From contig CBDBCF010000001.1 of the NCBI GenBank assembly GCA_965202985.1, forward strand, positions 1,824,001-1,888,000: a DNA stretch of 64,000 bases, written 5' to 3'. Shown here piece by piece: positions 31,190 to 41,103 of this stretch (position 1 is its first letter; every line of letters begins with the position of its first letter). The stretch comes from Longimicrobiales bacterium (GTDB lineage: Bacteria; Gemmatimonadota; Gemmatimonadetes; Longimicrobiales; Gaopeijiaceae). Below the pieces are notes generated by a model, which did no database searches, was not told where the DNA came from, and saw nothing but the letters and a program-made list of their open reading frames with translations. The position numbers and the translations under genes were made by a program.

Positions 31190-32869
31190 TCATCTCTCAT
31201 CCGACACGGCGGCCTCTTCCTTGGCCTTGCGCACCATCTCGCGCACGTCGGCCAGGAGACGCTGGGCGTCGTAGACGATCCCGTCCTTGATGGTGTACTT
31301 GATGCCGCCGACGCGCTCGACCTCGCCGGTGTCGTCGTTGAGCTTTACGGCGCCGTTGCCGTAGAGGACCTTCAGGTTCTGCAACGGGTTCTCGTCCACC
31401 ACCACCATGTCCGCCTTCAAGCCCGGCCGCAGGATGCCGAAGTCGATGGTCGTGCCCTTGGGGTCGTGCAGCTCTTCGGCGCCGTACAGGGTAGCCGAGC
31501 GGATCACCTCGACGGGGTGGAATCCGGCCTCGCGCAGCAGTTCCAGCTCCCGAATGTAGTCGAACCCGTACAGCTTGTAGATGAACCCGGAGTCGGAGCC
31601 GGTGGTGACGCGCCCGCCCGCGTTCTTGTAGTCGTTCAGGAAGTGCATCCACTTCTGGAAGAACTTCTTCCAGTGGTACTCGTCTTCGCTGGTCCAGTAG
31701 AACCAGTACGACCCGTGAGCGCGCCTGGACGGCTGGAAGAACTCCCACTGGCTGGGCAGCGTGTACTCGTCGTGAAAGTCGGCCTCCCGCGCGCGCATCA
31801 CGTCGCGGCTGGCCTCGTAGATCGACATGGTCGGATCGAGGCCGAAATCCAGCTCCAGGAAGCGGTCGATCAGGTGGTTCCACTGCTCCGACCCCGGCTC
31901 GGCAGCCTGGTACCACAGACGTCCCACGTTGCCGAAGCGGTGCTGCTCGTCCTGGTAGTTGTAGTCCAGCGGCCAGTCCTGAATGCTGTAGTCGGTCAGC
32001 ATCGACTCCATGAGGCCGTAGTAGTGCGTCATCATGTCCAGTCCCGCCTCGGCGGCGTCCAGGGCGGTCATGCGCGCCACGCCCGTCTGGGCCAGGTGGG
32101 CCACCGTTCCCAGACCGTGCTTGTGGGCCTCGTCGATCACGGCCTCCATGATCGCCGGGTCCATCGCGGTCAGCTTGAGCCCGTCGATCTTGGCGCCCTC
32201 CACGTCGACCTCCGCCGCCCAGCGAACCCACTCCCGCGCCTTCTCGGGCGAGTCAACGGGGCCTTCCTCCCACGCCTCGCCGGGACGCGCATAGGTGAAC
32301 ATGCGGGGCGCCACGATCTCGTTCCGCGCGGCCTTCGCCTTCTCTTCAAGCGCCCACATCATGGGGCCGTGGCCCACGCCCCGAGACGTGGTGATCCCGT
32401 GTCCCATCCACAGCTTGTAGGTGTACTCGGGCTGGGGCGCCTTGCTGGAACCGCCAGTGTGCGCGTGCATGTCCACGAACCCGGGCATGACGTACATGCC
32501 GGACATGTCGATCTCCTTGGTGGCGCCGTCCGGGCGGCGGTCCTCGTCGATCGGCACGCCCGGGTAGCCCACCGTCTGGATGCGGGCGATCCGGTCGCCC
32601 TCGATCACGATGTCCACCGGCCCCACCGGCGGCCCGCCGGTCCCGTCGATGACGATGGCGCCCCGCAGGATGAGCCGCTCGTGAGGGCCGTCGCCTTCGT
32701 CCGCGCCCCTGGGGGTCGTCTCCTCCATCTGGGCTGCGGCGGCGAAGGGAAGGGCGGCGGCCAGGGCCAGCCCCGTGGCAAGGGCCAGTCCCGAGGCCAG
32801 TGCGAGGCCAGCGGCACGCCGGAGACGTGCGCGGGGACGCGAGGCGCGGGCAAAGCGAAGAGCGTTCAT
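31190..32869 (-). CDS. Secreted amidohydrolase family protein
   Basis: Signal peptide; MPGFVDMHAH, VAH, TTGSDSG, ATLYGA, GILRPGLKADMVVVDENPL. Confidence 0.88.
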   Translation of the reverse strand: MNALRFARASRPRARLRRAAGLALASGLALATGLALAAALPFAAAAQMEETTPRGADEGDGPHERLILRGAIVIDGTGGPPVGPVDIVIEGDRIARIQTVGYPGVPIDEDRRPDGATKEIDMSGMYVMPGFVDMHAHTGGSSKAPQPEYTYKLWMGHGITTSRGVGHGPMMWALEEKAKAARNEIVAPRMFTYARPGEAWEEGPVDSPEKAREWVRWAAEVDVEGAKIDGLKLTAMDPAIMEAVIDEAHKHGLGTVAHLAQTGVARMTALDAAEAGLDMMTHYYGLMESMLTDYSIQDWPLDYNYQDEQHRFGNVGRLWYQAAEPGSEQWNHLIDRFLELDFGLDPTMSIYEASRDVMRAREADFHDEYTLPSQWEFFQPSRRAHGSYWFYWTSEDEYHWKKFFQKWMHFLNDYKNAGGRVTTGSDSGFIYKLYGFDYIRELELLREAGFHPVEVIRSATLYGAEELHDPKGTTIDFGILRPGLKADMVVVDENPLQNLKVLYGNGAVKLNDDTGEVERVGGIKYTIKDGIVYDAQRLLADVREMVRKAKEEAAVSDER

Positions 32870-32987
32870 GGGGACTCCTGGGGGCTGATGGGCGAAACTG
32901 GGGGCGTCCGTCGTTCCGGCCAATGTAAGCCTTTCGGCCGGGGAGGCCAGCCCTTCCCGGAGCGACAGGGCGGATTTACCATTCCTT

Positions 32988-35162
32988 ATGATCTCCAGCG
33001 ACGACGGGAGAACCGATCCCGCCCGGCTAGGCCCGGACGAAGCGGCCCAGGAGATCAAGCGGCTTGTCGCGGAGATCGACCGGCACGACGACCTGTACTA
33101 CAACAAGGCCGAGCCGGAGATCTCCGACTTCGAATACGACCAGCTTTTCCGCCGCCTGTCGGACCTGGAGAAGGCCCACCCGAAGCTTCAGACGTCCGAC
33201 TCGCCCACGCAGCGCGTCGGCGTCGAGCCGGTCGGCGAGCTGCCGAAGCTGAAGCACGAGGCGTCCATGCTCTCCCTGGATTCGTCCTACGAGATGGGCG
33301 ACGTGCGGCGCTTTGACGAGCGGGTTCGCCGCGAGCTGGACAAGGAGGAGGTGCGCTACCTCTTGGAGCCCAAGCTAGACGGCGCCTCGTTGGAGCTGGT
33401 CTACGAGCACGGCGTCCTGACCCGCGCCGTGACCCGCGGCAACGGACTCGTGGGCGAAGGCGTCGTCGAGAATGTGCGCACAATTCGCTCGGTCCCCCTT
33501 CGGCTCGCCCGAAAGCACAAGGGCAAGGAGCTTCCGCCGCCGCCGGCCTTGCTGTCGGTGCGGTGCGAGGTCGTCATGTACCTCTCCGACTTCGAGGCCC
33601 TAAACGCGCGCCGCAGAAGAGCCAAGCGCAGGGAGTACATGAACCCGCGAAACGTCGTCTCGGGCGCGCTGCGGCAGCTGGATTCCCGAGTGACCGCCCA
33701 GCGCGACTTGACGGTCGTGGCGTTCGACATCCTGGCGATGCGGGAAGACGACGCGGGCGAGACCGACGCCGACCGCGACAACACGGGCGGGAGCCGAGAA
33801 CGCACGAGCGAGAGCCTGCCCTTCAAGACGGGCTGGGAAGTCGTGACGGCGCTGAAGAAGTGGGGTTTCCTGGTTCCTGAGCGAGTGCAGCTCGCGGAGT
33901 CGGTGGAGGAAGTCGCCGCTTATCACAAGTGGTTCGGAGATCGGCGCGACGAGCTGGAATACGAAATTGACGGCGTGGTGGTCAAGGTGAACGAATTGGC
34001 GGACCGAGGGCGGCTCGAAGACACGGCCCATCACCCGCGCTGGGCGATAGCGCTGAAGTTCAAGCCTCCTCGGGCGGCGGCGGTTGTGCGCGAGATCGAC
34101 GTGCAGGTAGGCCGAACCGGGGTAGTCACGCCCGTGGCCAGGCTGTGGCCCGTCAAGATCGGCGGCGTCACGATACAAAATGCCTCCCTGCACAACCGCG
34201 AAGAGTTGGAGCGGCAGGCCATCCAAGCAGGCGACTCGGTCTGGGTGCAGCGAGCCGGCGACGTGATTCCGCAAGTCGTGGGCAAGGTCGAACGGAGCGC
34301 GTTCTCCATGCCCCTCGTATGCACAAGTTGTGGCGAACCACTCGTCGAGCAGGGGCCGAGGTCGGTGTGTCGCAACCACTTTCGATGTCCGGCGCAGCTG
34401 AAGGGCCAGATCGTTCACTTCGCCTCGCGCAAGGCATTGGAGATCGAAGGACTGGGCGACAGCGTGGCGGAGCTGCTCTTGAAGCGCGGTCCAGAGTCGG
34501 AGCCCCTGGTCAGGGAGCCCGCGGACCTCCTCGACCTGACGGCAGAGGAACTGCTTCCGCTGGAAGGATTTGCAGAGTCCAAGGCCAGAAACTTGGTCGA
34601 AGCGATTCAGCGGGTTCGCAAGACCGAGCTGTCGCGTTTCCTGGTCGGCTTGGGGATTCCGGAAGTTGGGCCGACCGTGGCCGAGGCCTTGGTCAAGCAC
34701 TTCCGGGACTTCGACAAGTTTCGCGACGCCGACGAAGAGGCGCTCCAAGAGGTGCCGGGCGTGGGACCGGAGATGGCGTCGGCGATTCGAGGCTACCTGG
34801 ACAAGGAAGAGATCAAGAGGCGGATCGACAATCTGCTGAAGAAGAAGTTCAAATTCGTCGTCCCCGCAGTTGACGAAGCCCTGGCGGGCCTGACGTTCGT
34901 GCTCACGGGCAAGTTGGAGGCAATGAGCCGGGGCGACTTGACGAAGAAGTTGAAGCAACACGGCGCCAAGGTCGGCACGGCGGTGACGGCGAATACCCAG
35001 TACTTGGTCGTGGGCGACATCAAGAACGGCAAGCCCAGTTCCAAGCTAACGAAGGCGCAGGAGCTTGGCGTGAAGCAGCTGAACCAAGCCGGCCTTGATA
35101 AGTTGTTGAAAGAACGCGGGGTCCCGCTGGCGACAGAGCCTGAATCGCGGTCCGACCCATGA
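32988..35162 (+). CDS. ligA: NAD-dependent DNA ligase
   Basis: YY...PEISDFEYD, EPKLDG, EIDGVVVK, PRWAIALKF, QVGRTG, RAGDVIP, C4 zinc finger, HhH, BRCT (FVLTG). Confidence 0.96.
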   Translation: MISSDDGRTDPARLGPDEAAQEIKRLVAEIDRHDDLYYNKAEPEISDFEYDQLFRRLSDLEKAHPKLQTSDSPTQRVGVEPVGELPKLKHEASMLSLDSSYEMGDVRRFDERVRRELDKEEVRYLLEPKLDGASLELVYEHGVLTRAVTRGNGLVGEGVVENVRTIRSVPLRLARKHKGKELPPPPALLSVRCEVVMYLSDFEALNARRRRAKRREYMNPRNVVSGALRQLDSRVTAQRDLTVVAFDILAMREDDAGETDADRDNTGGSRERTSESLPFKTGWEVVTALKKWGFLVPERVQLAESVEEVAAYHKWFGDRRDELEYEIDGVVVKVNELADRGRLEDTAHHPRWAIALKFKPPRAAAVVREIDVQVGRTGVVTPVARLWPVKIGGVTIQNASLHNREELERQAIQAGDSVWVQRAGDVIPQVVGKVERSAFSMPLVCTSCGEPLVEQGPRSVCRNHFRCPAQLKGQIVHFASRKALEIEGLGDSVAELLLKRGPESEPLVREPADLLDLTAEELLPLEGFAESKARNLVEAIQRVRKTELSRFLVGLGIPEVGPTVAEALVKHFRDFDKFRDADEEALQEVPGVGPEMASAIRGYLDKEEIKRRIDNLLKKKFKFVVPAVDEALAGLTFVLTGKLEAMSRGDLTKKLKQHGAKVGTAVTANTQYLVVGDIKNGKPSSKLTKAQELGVKQLNQAGLDKLLKERGVPLATEPESRSDP

Positions 35163-36118
35163 TGACCCTGAACTTGATCCTCCTCTTGGGGGGGTTCGGC
35201 GCGCTGTACTTCGGGGCCGAGTGGCTGGTTCGGGGCTCGGCGCGGTTGGCCACCAACATGGGAGTCAGCCCGGTAGTGGTGGGGCTCACGGTGGTCTCGC
35301 TGGGGACGTCGGCGCCGGAGCTGGTGGTGAGCATCGTGGCCACGTTGGAGAACCGGGGGAGTCTGCTGGCCAGCAACGTGCTGGGCTCCAACTTGGCCAA
35401 CATCGGCTTGATCCTGGGGACCACGGCGGTGATCAGCCCCTTGGCGGTCGCGAACCGGGTGATCAGCCGGGAAGTGCCGATCATGATCGTGGTCACGCTT
35501 GCGGTCTTCCCCCTGATGCTGGACTTCCGGCTGACGCGAGGCGAAGGGGTCGTGCTGCTGGGGCTGTTGGCCGTGTACGTGGCCTTCACCTTCATGTCGG
35601 CGGACGACGAGATCCAGGAGATCATGGACGAGGTCGGGGAACTGGCCGACGACGCCAAGGACAAACCGGGCAACCTGCGGAACCTGCTGCTGATTGCGGC
35701 GGGCGCCGGCGGGCTCGCGGCGGGGGGCAAGGCGATCGTGGAGGCGGCTTCGTACATCGGGTTGGAGTTCGGCCTGAGCGAAATGGTGGTGGGGGCGACG
35801 ATCGTGGCGATCGGCACCTCGCTCCCCGAGCTGGTCACGTCGGTGGTTGCCGCCGTGCGCAAGGAGGCCGACATCGCCGTCGGCAACGTCGTGGGGTCCA
35901 ACATCTTCAACCTTGCGGCGGTGCTTGGCGCGGCGGCTCTGGTCCGGGGCTACGAGATCGACCGGGGGATTCTGGAGCAGGAATGGCTCATGGTCCTGCT
36001 CCTCTCGGTGGTTATGTGGCCGGTAGTGACCACGGCCAAGGAAGTGCGGCGCGGCGAAGGCGTCCTCCTGCTGGTGGCCTACGTGACCTTCCTGGGCGTC
36101 ATCGCCTTTGGGCACTAA
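35159..36118 (+). CDS. Calcium/sodium antiporter (YrbG-like)
   Basis: Two alpha repeats: GTSAPEL/NVLGSN and GTSLPEL/GNVVGSNIFN. Confidence 0.92.
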   Translation: MMTLNLILLLGGFGALYFGAEWLVRGSARLATNMGVSPVVVGLTVVSLGTSAPELVVSIVATLENRGSLLASNVLGSNLANIGLILGTTAVISPLAVANRVISREVPIMIVVTLAVFPLMLDFRLTRGEGVVLLGLLAVYVAFTFMSADDEIQEIMDEVGELADDAKDKPGNLRNLLLIAAGAGGLAAGGKAIVEAASYIGLEFGLSEMVVGATIVAIGTSLPELVTSVVAAVRKEADIAVGNVVGSNIFNLAAVLGAAALVRGYEIDRGILEQEWLMVLLLSVVMWPVVTTAKEVRRGEGVLLLVAYVTFLGVIAFGH

Positions 36119-37478
36119 ACGGGACGCCCCGCCGGAACCCGATCCGGCCCGAGATGGCGTCGCCGCTGGGCGCGACCTGGCCGCCCGGTTGTCCCGAGTC
36201 GAGTCGCGCAACGTTACGCACCTGGAGGCGCAGCCGCCGTTCTGGGCCGAGGCGCGGGGCGCCTGCGTTCGAGACGCCGAGGGGAAGGAGTACCTGGACT
36301 TCACGGGCGCTTTCGGCGTCGCCTTCGCCGGGCACCGCCACCCGAAGATCATGGCGCGGGTCGGCCGCCAGTCCGAGCGCCTGGTCCACGGCATGGGCGA
36401 CATCCACCCGCCGCAGGCCAAGCTCGAGTTCCTGGAGGCGCTGGCGGACCGGATGCCCTGGCCCGAGACCCGGATCGTGCTGGGCCTAAGCGGCTCCGGC
36501 GCCGTGGAGGCGGCCCTCAAGACGGCGCACCTGGCCACGGGCCGCCCTGGCGTCGTCGCGTTCGAAGGCGGCTACCACGGCTTGACCCTGGGCGCCCTGG
36601 CCGCCACCCACCGGGAGCACTTCCGGCGCCCCTTCACGGCCCGGCTGGCGGACCATGTCCGGTTCGTCCCCTTTCCGGAGACCGACGAGGACGCACTACG
36701 CAGCCTGGGGGCGGTGGATCGCGCGTTGGCGGGCGGCGTTCCCGTCCCGGTCGGCGCCGTCTTGGTGGAGCCTGTTCAGGGACGTGCCGGAGTGCGCGTC
36801 CCCCCGGACGGGTTCCTGGATGCCCTGGGCCGTCGCGCCCGGTCCGCCGGAGCCCTCTTGGTGGCCGACGAAGTCTTCACGGGAATGGGTCGCACCGGCA
36901 GCGTCCTGGCCAGCGCCGGAGCCGCCGACCTTGTGTGCCTGGGGAAGGCCCTGGGAGGCGGCCTGCCGCTGTCGGCCTGCTGCGGCCCGCGAGAGGTGAT
37001 GGACGCGTGGCCGCCGTCCTCGGGCGAGGCCGTCCACACCGAGACCTTTCTGGGACACCCGCTGTGCTGCGCTGCCGGCTTGGGCTTCCTGGAGGTCGTG
37101 GAGGAGGAGGACTTGATCAGGCGCGCCCGGCGCTTGGGAGAGCAGGCGCTGGATCGCTTGCGGGCGTCGCTGTCGGGGTACGACCGGGTTGTCGGCGTGC
37201 GGGGCCGCGGCCTGATGCTGGGCGTGGAGTTGGCCGACGACGGGGCCGGGGCCTCCGTTGCGTGCGAGCCCGAGCAGGTCGCGGATCAAGCCGGGTCGGA
37301 CGAGCGCCCCGGCCCTGGGGTCTTGGTTGCGCGAAGGGTGCTGGAGCGGGGGCTGATCGTGTTGCCGGCGGGCGAAAGCGGGCAGGTGGTGGAGCTGACG
37401 CCGCCTGCCACGATCACGGAGGCGGAGCTGGCGCGGGGCCTGGACGTGCTGGCGGCGGAGGTCGTCAGCTCCCTCTGA
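36108..37478 (+). CDS. Class III PLP-dependent aminotransferase
   Basis: YLDF, SGSGAVEAALK, GYHG, VEPVQG, ADEVFTGMGRTG, GKALGGG, VRGRGLMLG. Confidence 0.9.
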   Translation: MGTKRDAPPEPDPARDGVAAGRDLAARLSRVESRNVTHLEAQPPFWAEARGACVRDAEGKEYLDFTGAFGVAFAGHRHPKIMARVGRQSERLVHGMGDIHPPQAKLEFLEALADRMPWPETRIVLGLSGSGAVEAALKTAHLATGRPGVVAFEGGYHGLTLGALAATHREHFRRPFTARLADHVRFVPFPETDEDALRSLGAVDRALAGGVPVPVGAVLVEPVQGRAGVRVPPDGFLDALGRRARSAGALLVADEVFTGMGRTGSVLASAGAADLVCLGKALGGGLPLSACCGPREVMDAWPPSSGEAVHTETFLGHPLCCAAGLGFLEVVEEEDLIRRARRLGEQALDRLRASLSGYDRVVGVRGRGLMLGVELADDGAGASVACEPEQVADQAGSDERPGPGVLVARRVLERGLIVLPAGESGQVVELTPPATITEAELARGLDVLAAEVVSSL

Positions 37479-37487
37479 CCTGCCTCC

Positions 37488-37778
37488 TCAGCGCGCCGAG
37501 GTCGCGAAGTCGATCCGCTCGGCCAAGTTCAGGTCCTTCCGCGTCACGCCGCCGGCGTCGTGCGTGGACAGGGTCACGAACACCTTGTCGTAGCGCACGT
37601 CGATGTCCGGATGGTGGTCCAGCTCGTCCGCCAGCGTGGCCAACCGGTTCACGAAGACGATGGAGTCCCGGAACGAGGGGAACACGAACCGCTTTCGGAT
37701 CGCGTCCTCCCGAAGCTTCCAGCCGTCCCGAGCATCCGCCCAGTCCCTAATCTCGTCCTTGGAAATCTTCTTGGCCAT
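37488..37778 (-). CDS. phhB: 4a-hydroxytetrahydrobiopterin dehydratase
   Basis: DHHPDI and STHDAGGVTRKDL motifs. Confidence 0.92.
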   Translation of the reverse strand: MAKKISKDEIRDWADARDGWKLREDAIRKRFVFPSFRDSIVFVNRLATLADELDHHPDIDVRYDKVFVTLSTHDAGGVTRKDLNLAERIDFATSAR

Positions 37779-38007
37779 CGATCCGCTCTCCGTTGCTTCG
37801 CGTCGCCCCGCCACATCGTCTCCGGCTTGGACAAAGATAACGGCGGGGCGCAGATGCCTGGCCGAGGGCGGACAGTTGGCGGGGCCGACGCGCCGATGTT
37901 TGCTGGACGCAGAGGCGGAGCGTCCAGTATTCTAAACACGGGCGTCCACCGATGTGGCACAGAAATTGCTGTTGGCGTGTGCAGGCCAAGAACGAAGGAG
38001 TTTCCGC

Positions 38008-38514
38008 ATGAACATGGCGCACACCACGAGGCGCATGCTCGGCTCGCTTCCGATCGTACTCCTGCTGGCCGTCGGCTGTCAGGACGGAACCCGCCCGATC
38101 ACCCAAGCGGCGACCGACGAGCCCGCCGCAACTCCCAGCCGCCATGGCGGGGGCCTCATGGTCTCCGCGTTCTACGTGGACGCCGAAGCAGCCACCTACA
38201 CGGTTCGGCACGTCGAGCGCTTACTTGCCGACGGTGCCTGGATACAACGGAAAGCTGGACTCCGCGGCATCACGGCCGATTCGGTCCATCGGGAGCTGCA
38301 AGGCCGGCTGGCCGAGGCCGAGCAGTACTTGGCGGACAAGGCCGCAACGGCTGGTGTGGATGCGTCCGAGTATCGCCAAGCGGTAGAGCAACGGATGAGG
38401 CGTGTTCGACTAGCGGAGGGGTACAGCGTCCTCCTTCCGGCACCTAGCTGCGTCCGCTTGCCGTCGCCGCATTCCGCGCCAAGCCGTCTGCCCCGGGCTG
38501 CTAGGCGGAAATGA
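38008..38514 (+). CDS. Hypothetical lipoprotein
   Basis: AAGGAG RBS; lipobox LLAVGC. Confidence 0.6.
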   Translation: MNMAHTTRRMLGSLPIVLLLAVGCQDGTRPITQAATDEPAATPSRHGGGLMVSAFYVDAEAATYTVRHVERLLADGAWIQRKAGLRGITADSVHRELQGRLAEAEQYLADKAATAGVDASEYRQAVEQRMRRVRLAEGYSVLLPAPSCVRLPSPHSAPSRLPRAARRK

Positions 38515-39566
38515 CCGCCTGGGTCGCATGGACGCTGGCTCCGCTGCTTGGAGCGGGCGAGCCGACTTCGGGTCAGGATGTGGCGACGGGACGGCTCGTC
38601 GACGAAGTCACCGGCGGTCCCGTGGCTGGCGCGATGGTCGCCATTCTGGACGGAGACGGAGTCGAGCGGCTTCGTCGGCTCAGCGGCCCTGCGGGGGAGT
38701 TCGAGCTGCCGTTGGTCGGCCCGCCGCCGCACGCACTCGTCGTCGAGCGGATCGGCTTTCGACGCCGGGAGTTCGCCTTGGACGGACCCGACGGACACCT
38801 GACGCTGCGGCTGACCGCCGACCCGATCGAGCTGCCCGGCGTGACGGTCGCGACCGAACCTGTCTGCTCCATCTCCTCGCGGACGACGAGCGAAGCCCTC
38901 GGGGTTGCGTGGGACCTGGTGCGCGCCACGCTTGCCAGGACCACGCTTGCCGGTGCGCTTCGAGCGGGTCGCGGCGAGACGACGGCGTTCGACGTGGTCA
39001 CCTACGAGGGCGAAATGGACCTCGACCCGAACTTCTTGCGCGTGGACGCGGACACGATGGTGCTGGATGGAGCGTCTCCCTTCGCGTTCGTGGACGCGAC
39101 GGCGCTGGACGAGACTGGCTGGGCCGAGGCGCTGGAGGGCCGCCAGGTCCGCTACTTCGCCCCGTCGCCGGGCCTCCTGCTCACCGCTTGGTTCCAGGCG
39201 AACCACTGCTTCGCGCTGGAGGAAGCGACGGCCGACACGCTTGCCCTCCGGTTCCGGTCCGCGCCGGAGCTGGCGGACGCCGGGATCGAAGGAGCCTTCT
39301 TTCTGGCCCGGGAGGCGTCGCGGGTCGCGAGGGTGGAGTTCCGCCACCTGACCGGGAGACCCCCGGCGCCGCATCAGGGAGGCGAGATCGTCTTGGCCGA
39401 GGGCGAGCATGGCTCCTGGTACGTGGGGGAGTGGTGGATGCGCACGCCGACCTTCAAGTCCACCCCAACCAACTTCCGCGGGCCTCTCGCCGGGCGGTTG
39501 CCGCGTTGGCGGCAGGAGCTTGCCGGGTACAGGGTGCGAGGCGGCGTGGCCGGGCCAAGGCGGTGA
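38511..39566 (+). CDS. Carboxypeptidase regulatory-like domain protein
   Basis: GRLVDEVTGGPVAGAMV...ERIGFR; YFAPSPGLL...WFQANHCF; GGEIVL...WYVGEWWMRTP. Confidence 0.75.
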   Translation: MTAWVAWTLAPLLGAGEPTSGQDVATGRLVDEVTGGPVAGAMVAILDGDGVERLRRLSGPAGEFELPLVGPPPHALVVERIGFRRREFALDGPDGHLTLRLTADPIELPGVTVATEPVCSISSRTTSEALGVAWDLVRATLARTTLAGALRAGRGETTAFDVVTYEGEMDLDPNFLRVDADTMVLDGASPFAFVDATALDETGWAEALEGRQVRYFAPSPGLLLTAWFQANHCFALEEATADTLALRFRSAPELADAGIEGAFFLAREASRVARVEFRHLTGRPPAPHQGGEIVLAEGEHGSWYVGEWWMRTPTFKSTPTNFRGPLAGRLPRWRQELAGYRVRGGVAGPRR

Positions 39567-39660
39567 CGCGGTCGGTCTTGCGGTCGGTCGGTCAGTGACG
39601 CCTGCGCGGGCCTCTCGCCGGGCGGGTCCTCTGGACGGCCGGCGGGTCTCTGGACGGGGG

Positions 39661-39689
39661 TTGACGCCCGCGGGCGTTTTTCCTACCGT
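39661..39689 (+). promoter_or_regulatory. Sigma70-type promoter of the tRNA array
   Basis: TTGACG-N17-TACCGT, 11 nt before tRNA-fMet. Confidence 0.7.
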
Positions 39690-39700
39690 TAGTGTCGCGT

Positions 39701-39774
<74 letters not shown>

Positions 39775-39795
39775 TTTTCAGTACCCTTCCAGGAT

Positions 39796-39862
39796 GCCGG
39801 CCAGGCCGTCGGCGCGGAGGAGCCGGGCGCGCTCCCCTCGTGCCGCACCGGGTCGGTTTTTT
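39796..39862 (+). terminator. Long GC hairpin plus T6 between tRNA-fMet and tRNA-Phe
   Basis: gccggcc..cggcgcggaggagc pairs with gctcccctcgtgccg..ggtcggt, followed by a T run. Confidence 0.55.
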
Positions 39863-39884
39863 GTCGGCGGGTGCTGGGGGTTCC

Positions 39885-39957
39885 GGCCAGGTAGCTCAGT
39901 TGGTAGAGCACGCGACTGAAAATCGCGGTGTCGGCGGTTCAATTCCGCCCCTGGCCA
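39885..39957 (+). tRNA. tRNA-Phe (GAA)
   Basis: cgcga ct GAA aa tcgcg; full cloverleaf. Confidence 0.95.
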
Positions 39958-39973
39958 TGGCGGGACAGTCCAC

Positions 39974-40047
39974 AGGTCCGTAGCTCAACTTGGTAGAGCA
40001 CCGGTCTCCAAAACCGGCGGTTGGGGGTTCGAGTCCCTCCGGGCCTG
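39974..40047 (+). tRNA. tRNA-Trp (CCA)
   Basis: ccggt ct CCA aa accgg. Confidence 0.95.
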
Positions 40048-40064
40048 CTCGGCGGCAAGTCGTC

Positions 40065-40136
40065 GCCCTCATCGTCTAACGGTTAGGACACCACTCTTTC
40101 AAGGTGGAGATCGGGGTTCGATTCCCCGTGAGGGTA
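40065..40136 (+). tRNA. tRNA-Glu (TTC)
   Basis: ccact ct TTC aa ggtgg. Confidence 0.93.
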
Positions 40137-40139
40137 TCG

Positions 40140-40214
40140 GGGGCTGTAGCTCAGTTCGGTTAGAGTGCCGGTCTGTCACACCGGAGGCCGCGGGTTCGAG
40201 TCCCGTCAGCCCCG
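40140..40214 (+). tRNA. tRNA-Asp (GTC)
   Basis: ccggt ct GTC ac accgg. Confidence 0.95.
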
Positions 40215-40219
40215 TGGAA

Positions 40220-40232
40220 GGTCTTTGACAAC
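40220..40232 (+). promoter_or_regulatory. boxA-like antitermination motif
   Basis: ggtctttgacaac resembles rRNA-operon boxA (xxTCTTTxAxAA). Confidence 0.5.
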
Positions 40233-40274
40233 AAGGGTCGCGAGAGCAGTGTCCGGCGGCAGCGCCGGAACGCT

Positions 40275-40347
40275 GGGGCCGTAGCTCAGTTGGGAGAGCG
40301 CCTGAATGGCATTCAGGAGGTCAGGGGTTCGACTCCCCTCGGCTCCA
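40275..40347 (+). tRNA. tRNA-Ala (GGC)
   Basis: cctga at GGC at tcagg; G3:U70. Confidence 0.95.
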
Positions 40348-40360
40348 CTCGCAGCGCCAA

Positions 40361-40445
40361 GCTCGGGTGGCGGAATTGGTAGACGCGCAGGATTCAGGAT
40401 CCTGTGGGGGTTAACCCCGTGAGGGTTCGAGTCCCTCCCCGAGCA
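40361..40445 (+). tRNA. tRNA-Leu (CAG)
   Basis: cagga tt CAG ga tcctg; long variable arm. Confidence 0.95.
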
Positions 40446-40467
40446 CTTGGTCGGTTGTCGGAACGTC

Positions 40468-40551
40468 GCCCACGTGCTGGAATTGGTAGACAGGCTGGTT
40501 TGAGGGACCAGTGTTCGAAAGGACGTACAGGTTCGAGTCCTGTCGTGGGCA
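40468..40551 (+). tRNA. tRNA-Leu (GAG)
   Basis: ctggt tt GAG gg accag; long variable arm. Confidence 0.93.
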
Positions 40552-40581
40552 TGGCCGCCATGGGCACGGCCGGCGGCGAAA

Positions 40582-40655
40582 GCGCCCGTAGCTCAATTGG
40601 ATAGAGTACCTGACTACGGATCAGGGGGTTGGGGGTTCGAGTCCTCCCGGGCGCA
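40582..40655 (+). tRNA. tRNA-Arg (ACG)
   Basis: cctga ct ACG ga tcagg. Confidence 0.95.
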
Positions 40656-40673
40656 CTTGGGGGAAGGGGGAGC

Positions 40674-40747
40674 GGGCGCGTAGCTCAGCTGGTTAGAGTG
40701 CCACGTTGACATCGTGGAGGTCACAGGTTCGAGTCCTGTCGCGCCCA
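40674..40747 (+). tRNA. tRNA-Val (GAC)
   Basis: ccacg tt GAC at cgtgg. Confidence 0.95.
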
Positions 40748-40761
40748 TCCGGGATTCTGAC

Positions 40762-40834
40762 GGGGCCGTAGCTCAGTTGGGAGAGCGCAGCGTTCGCATC
40801 GCTGAGGTCAGGGGTTCGACTCCCCTCGGCTCCA
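40762..40834 (+). tRNA. tRNA-Ala (CGC)
   Basis: cagcg tt CGC at cgctg; G3:U70. Confidence 0.95.
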
Positions 40835-40841
40835 CTTCCTT

Positions 40842-40914
40842 GCCACCGTAGCTCAGCTGGTAGAGCACGTCACTCGTAATGACGGGGTCGTCGGTTCAAG
40901 TCCGACCGGTGGCT
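40842..40914 (+). tRNA. tRNA-Thr (CGT)
   Basis: cgtca ct CGT aa tgacg. Confidence 0.95.
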
Positions 40915-40932
40915 CTCTCGAAGCGGTTCCAT

Positions 40933-41005
40933 AGCCCCGTGGTGTAATTGGCAACACGTCTGACTCTGGATCAGAAGAGTCCTGGTTCGAGCCCAGGCGG
41001 GGCTA
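40933..41005 (+). tRNA. tRNA-Gln (CTG)
   Basis: tctga ct CTG ga tcaga. Confidence 0.93.
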
Positions 41006-41018
41006 CTTCAAGCAAGTT

Positions 41019-41103
41019 GGAGGGATGGCTGAGCGGCTAAAAGCGGCGCCCTGCTAAGGCGTTGGTCCCCTGGACCACGTGGGTTCGAATCCCACTCCCT
41101 CCG
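41019..41103 (+). tRNA. tRNA-Ser (GCT)
   Basis: gcgcc ct GCT aa ggcgt; variable arm; G73. Confidence 0.93.
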
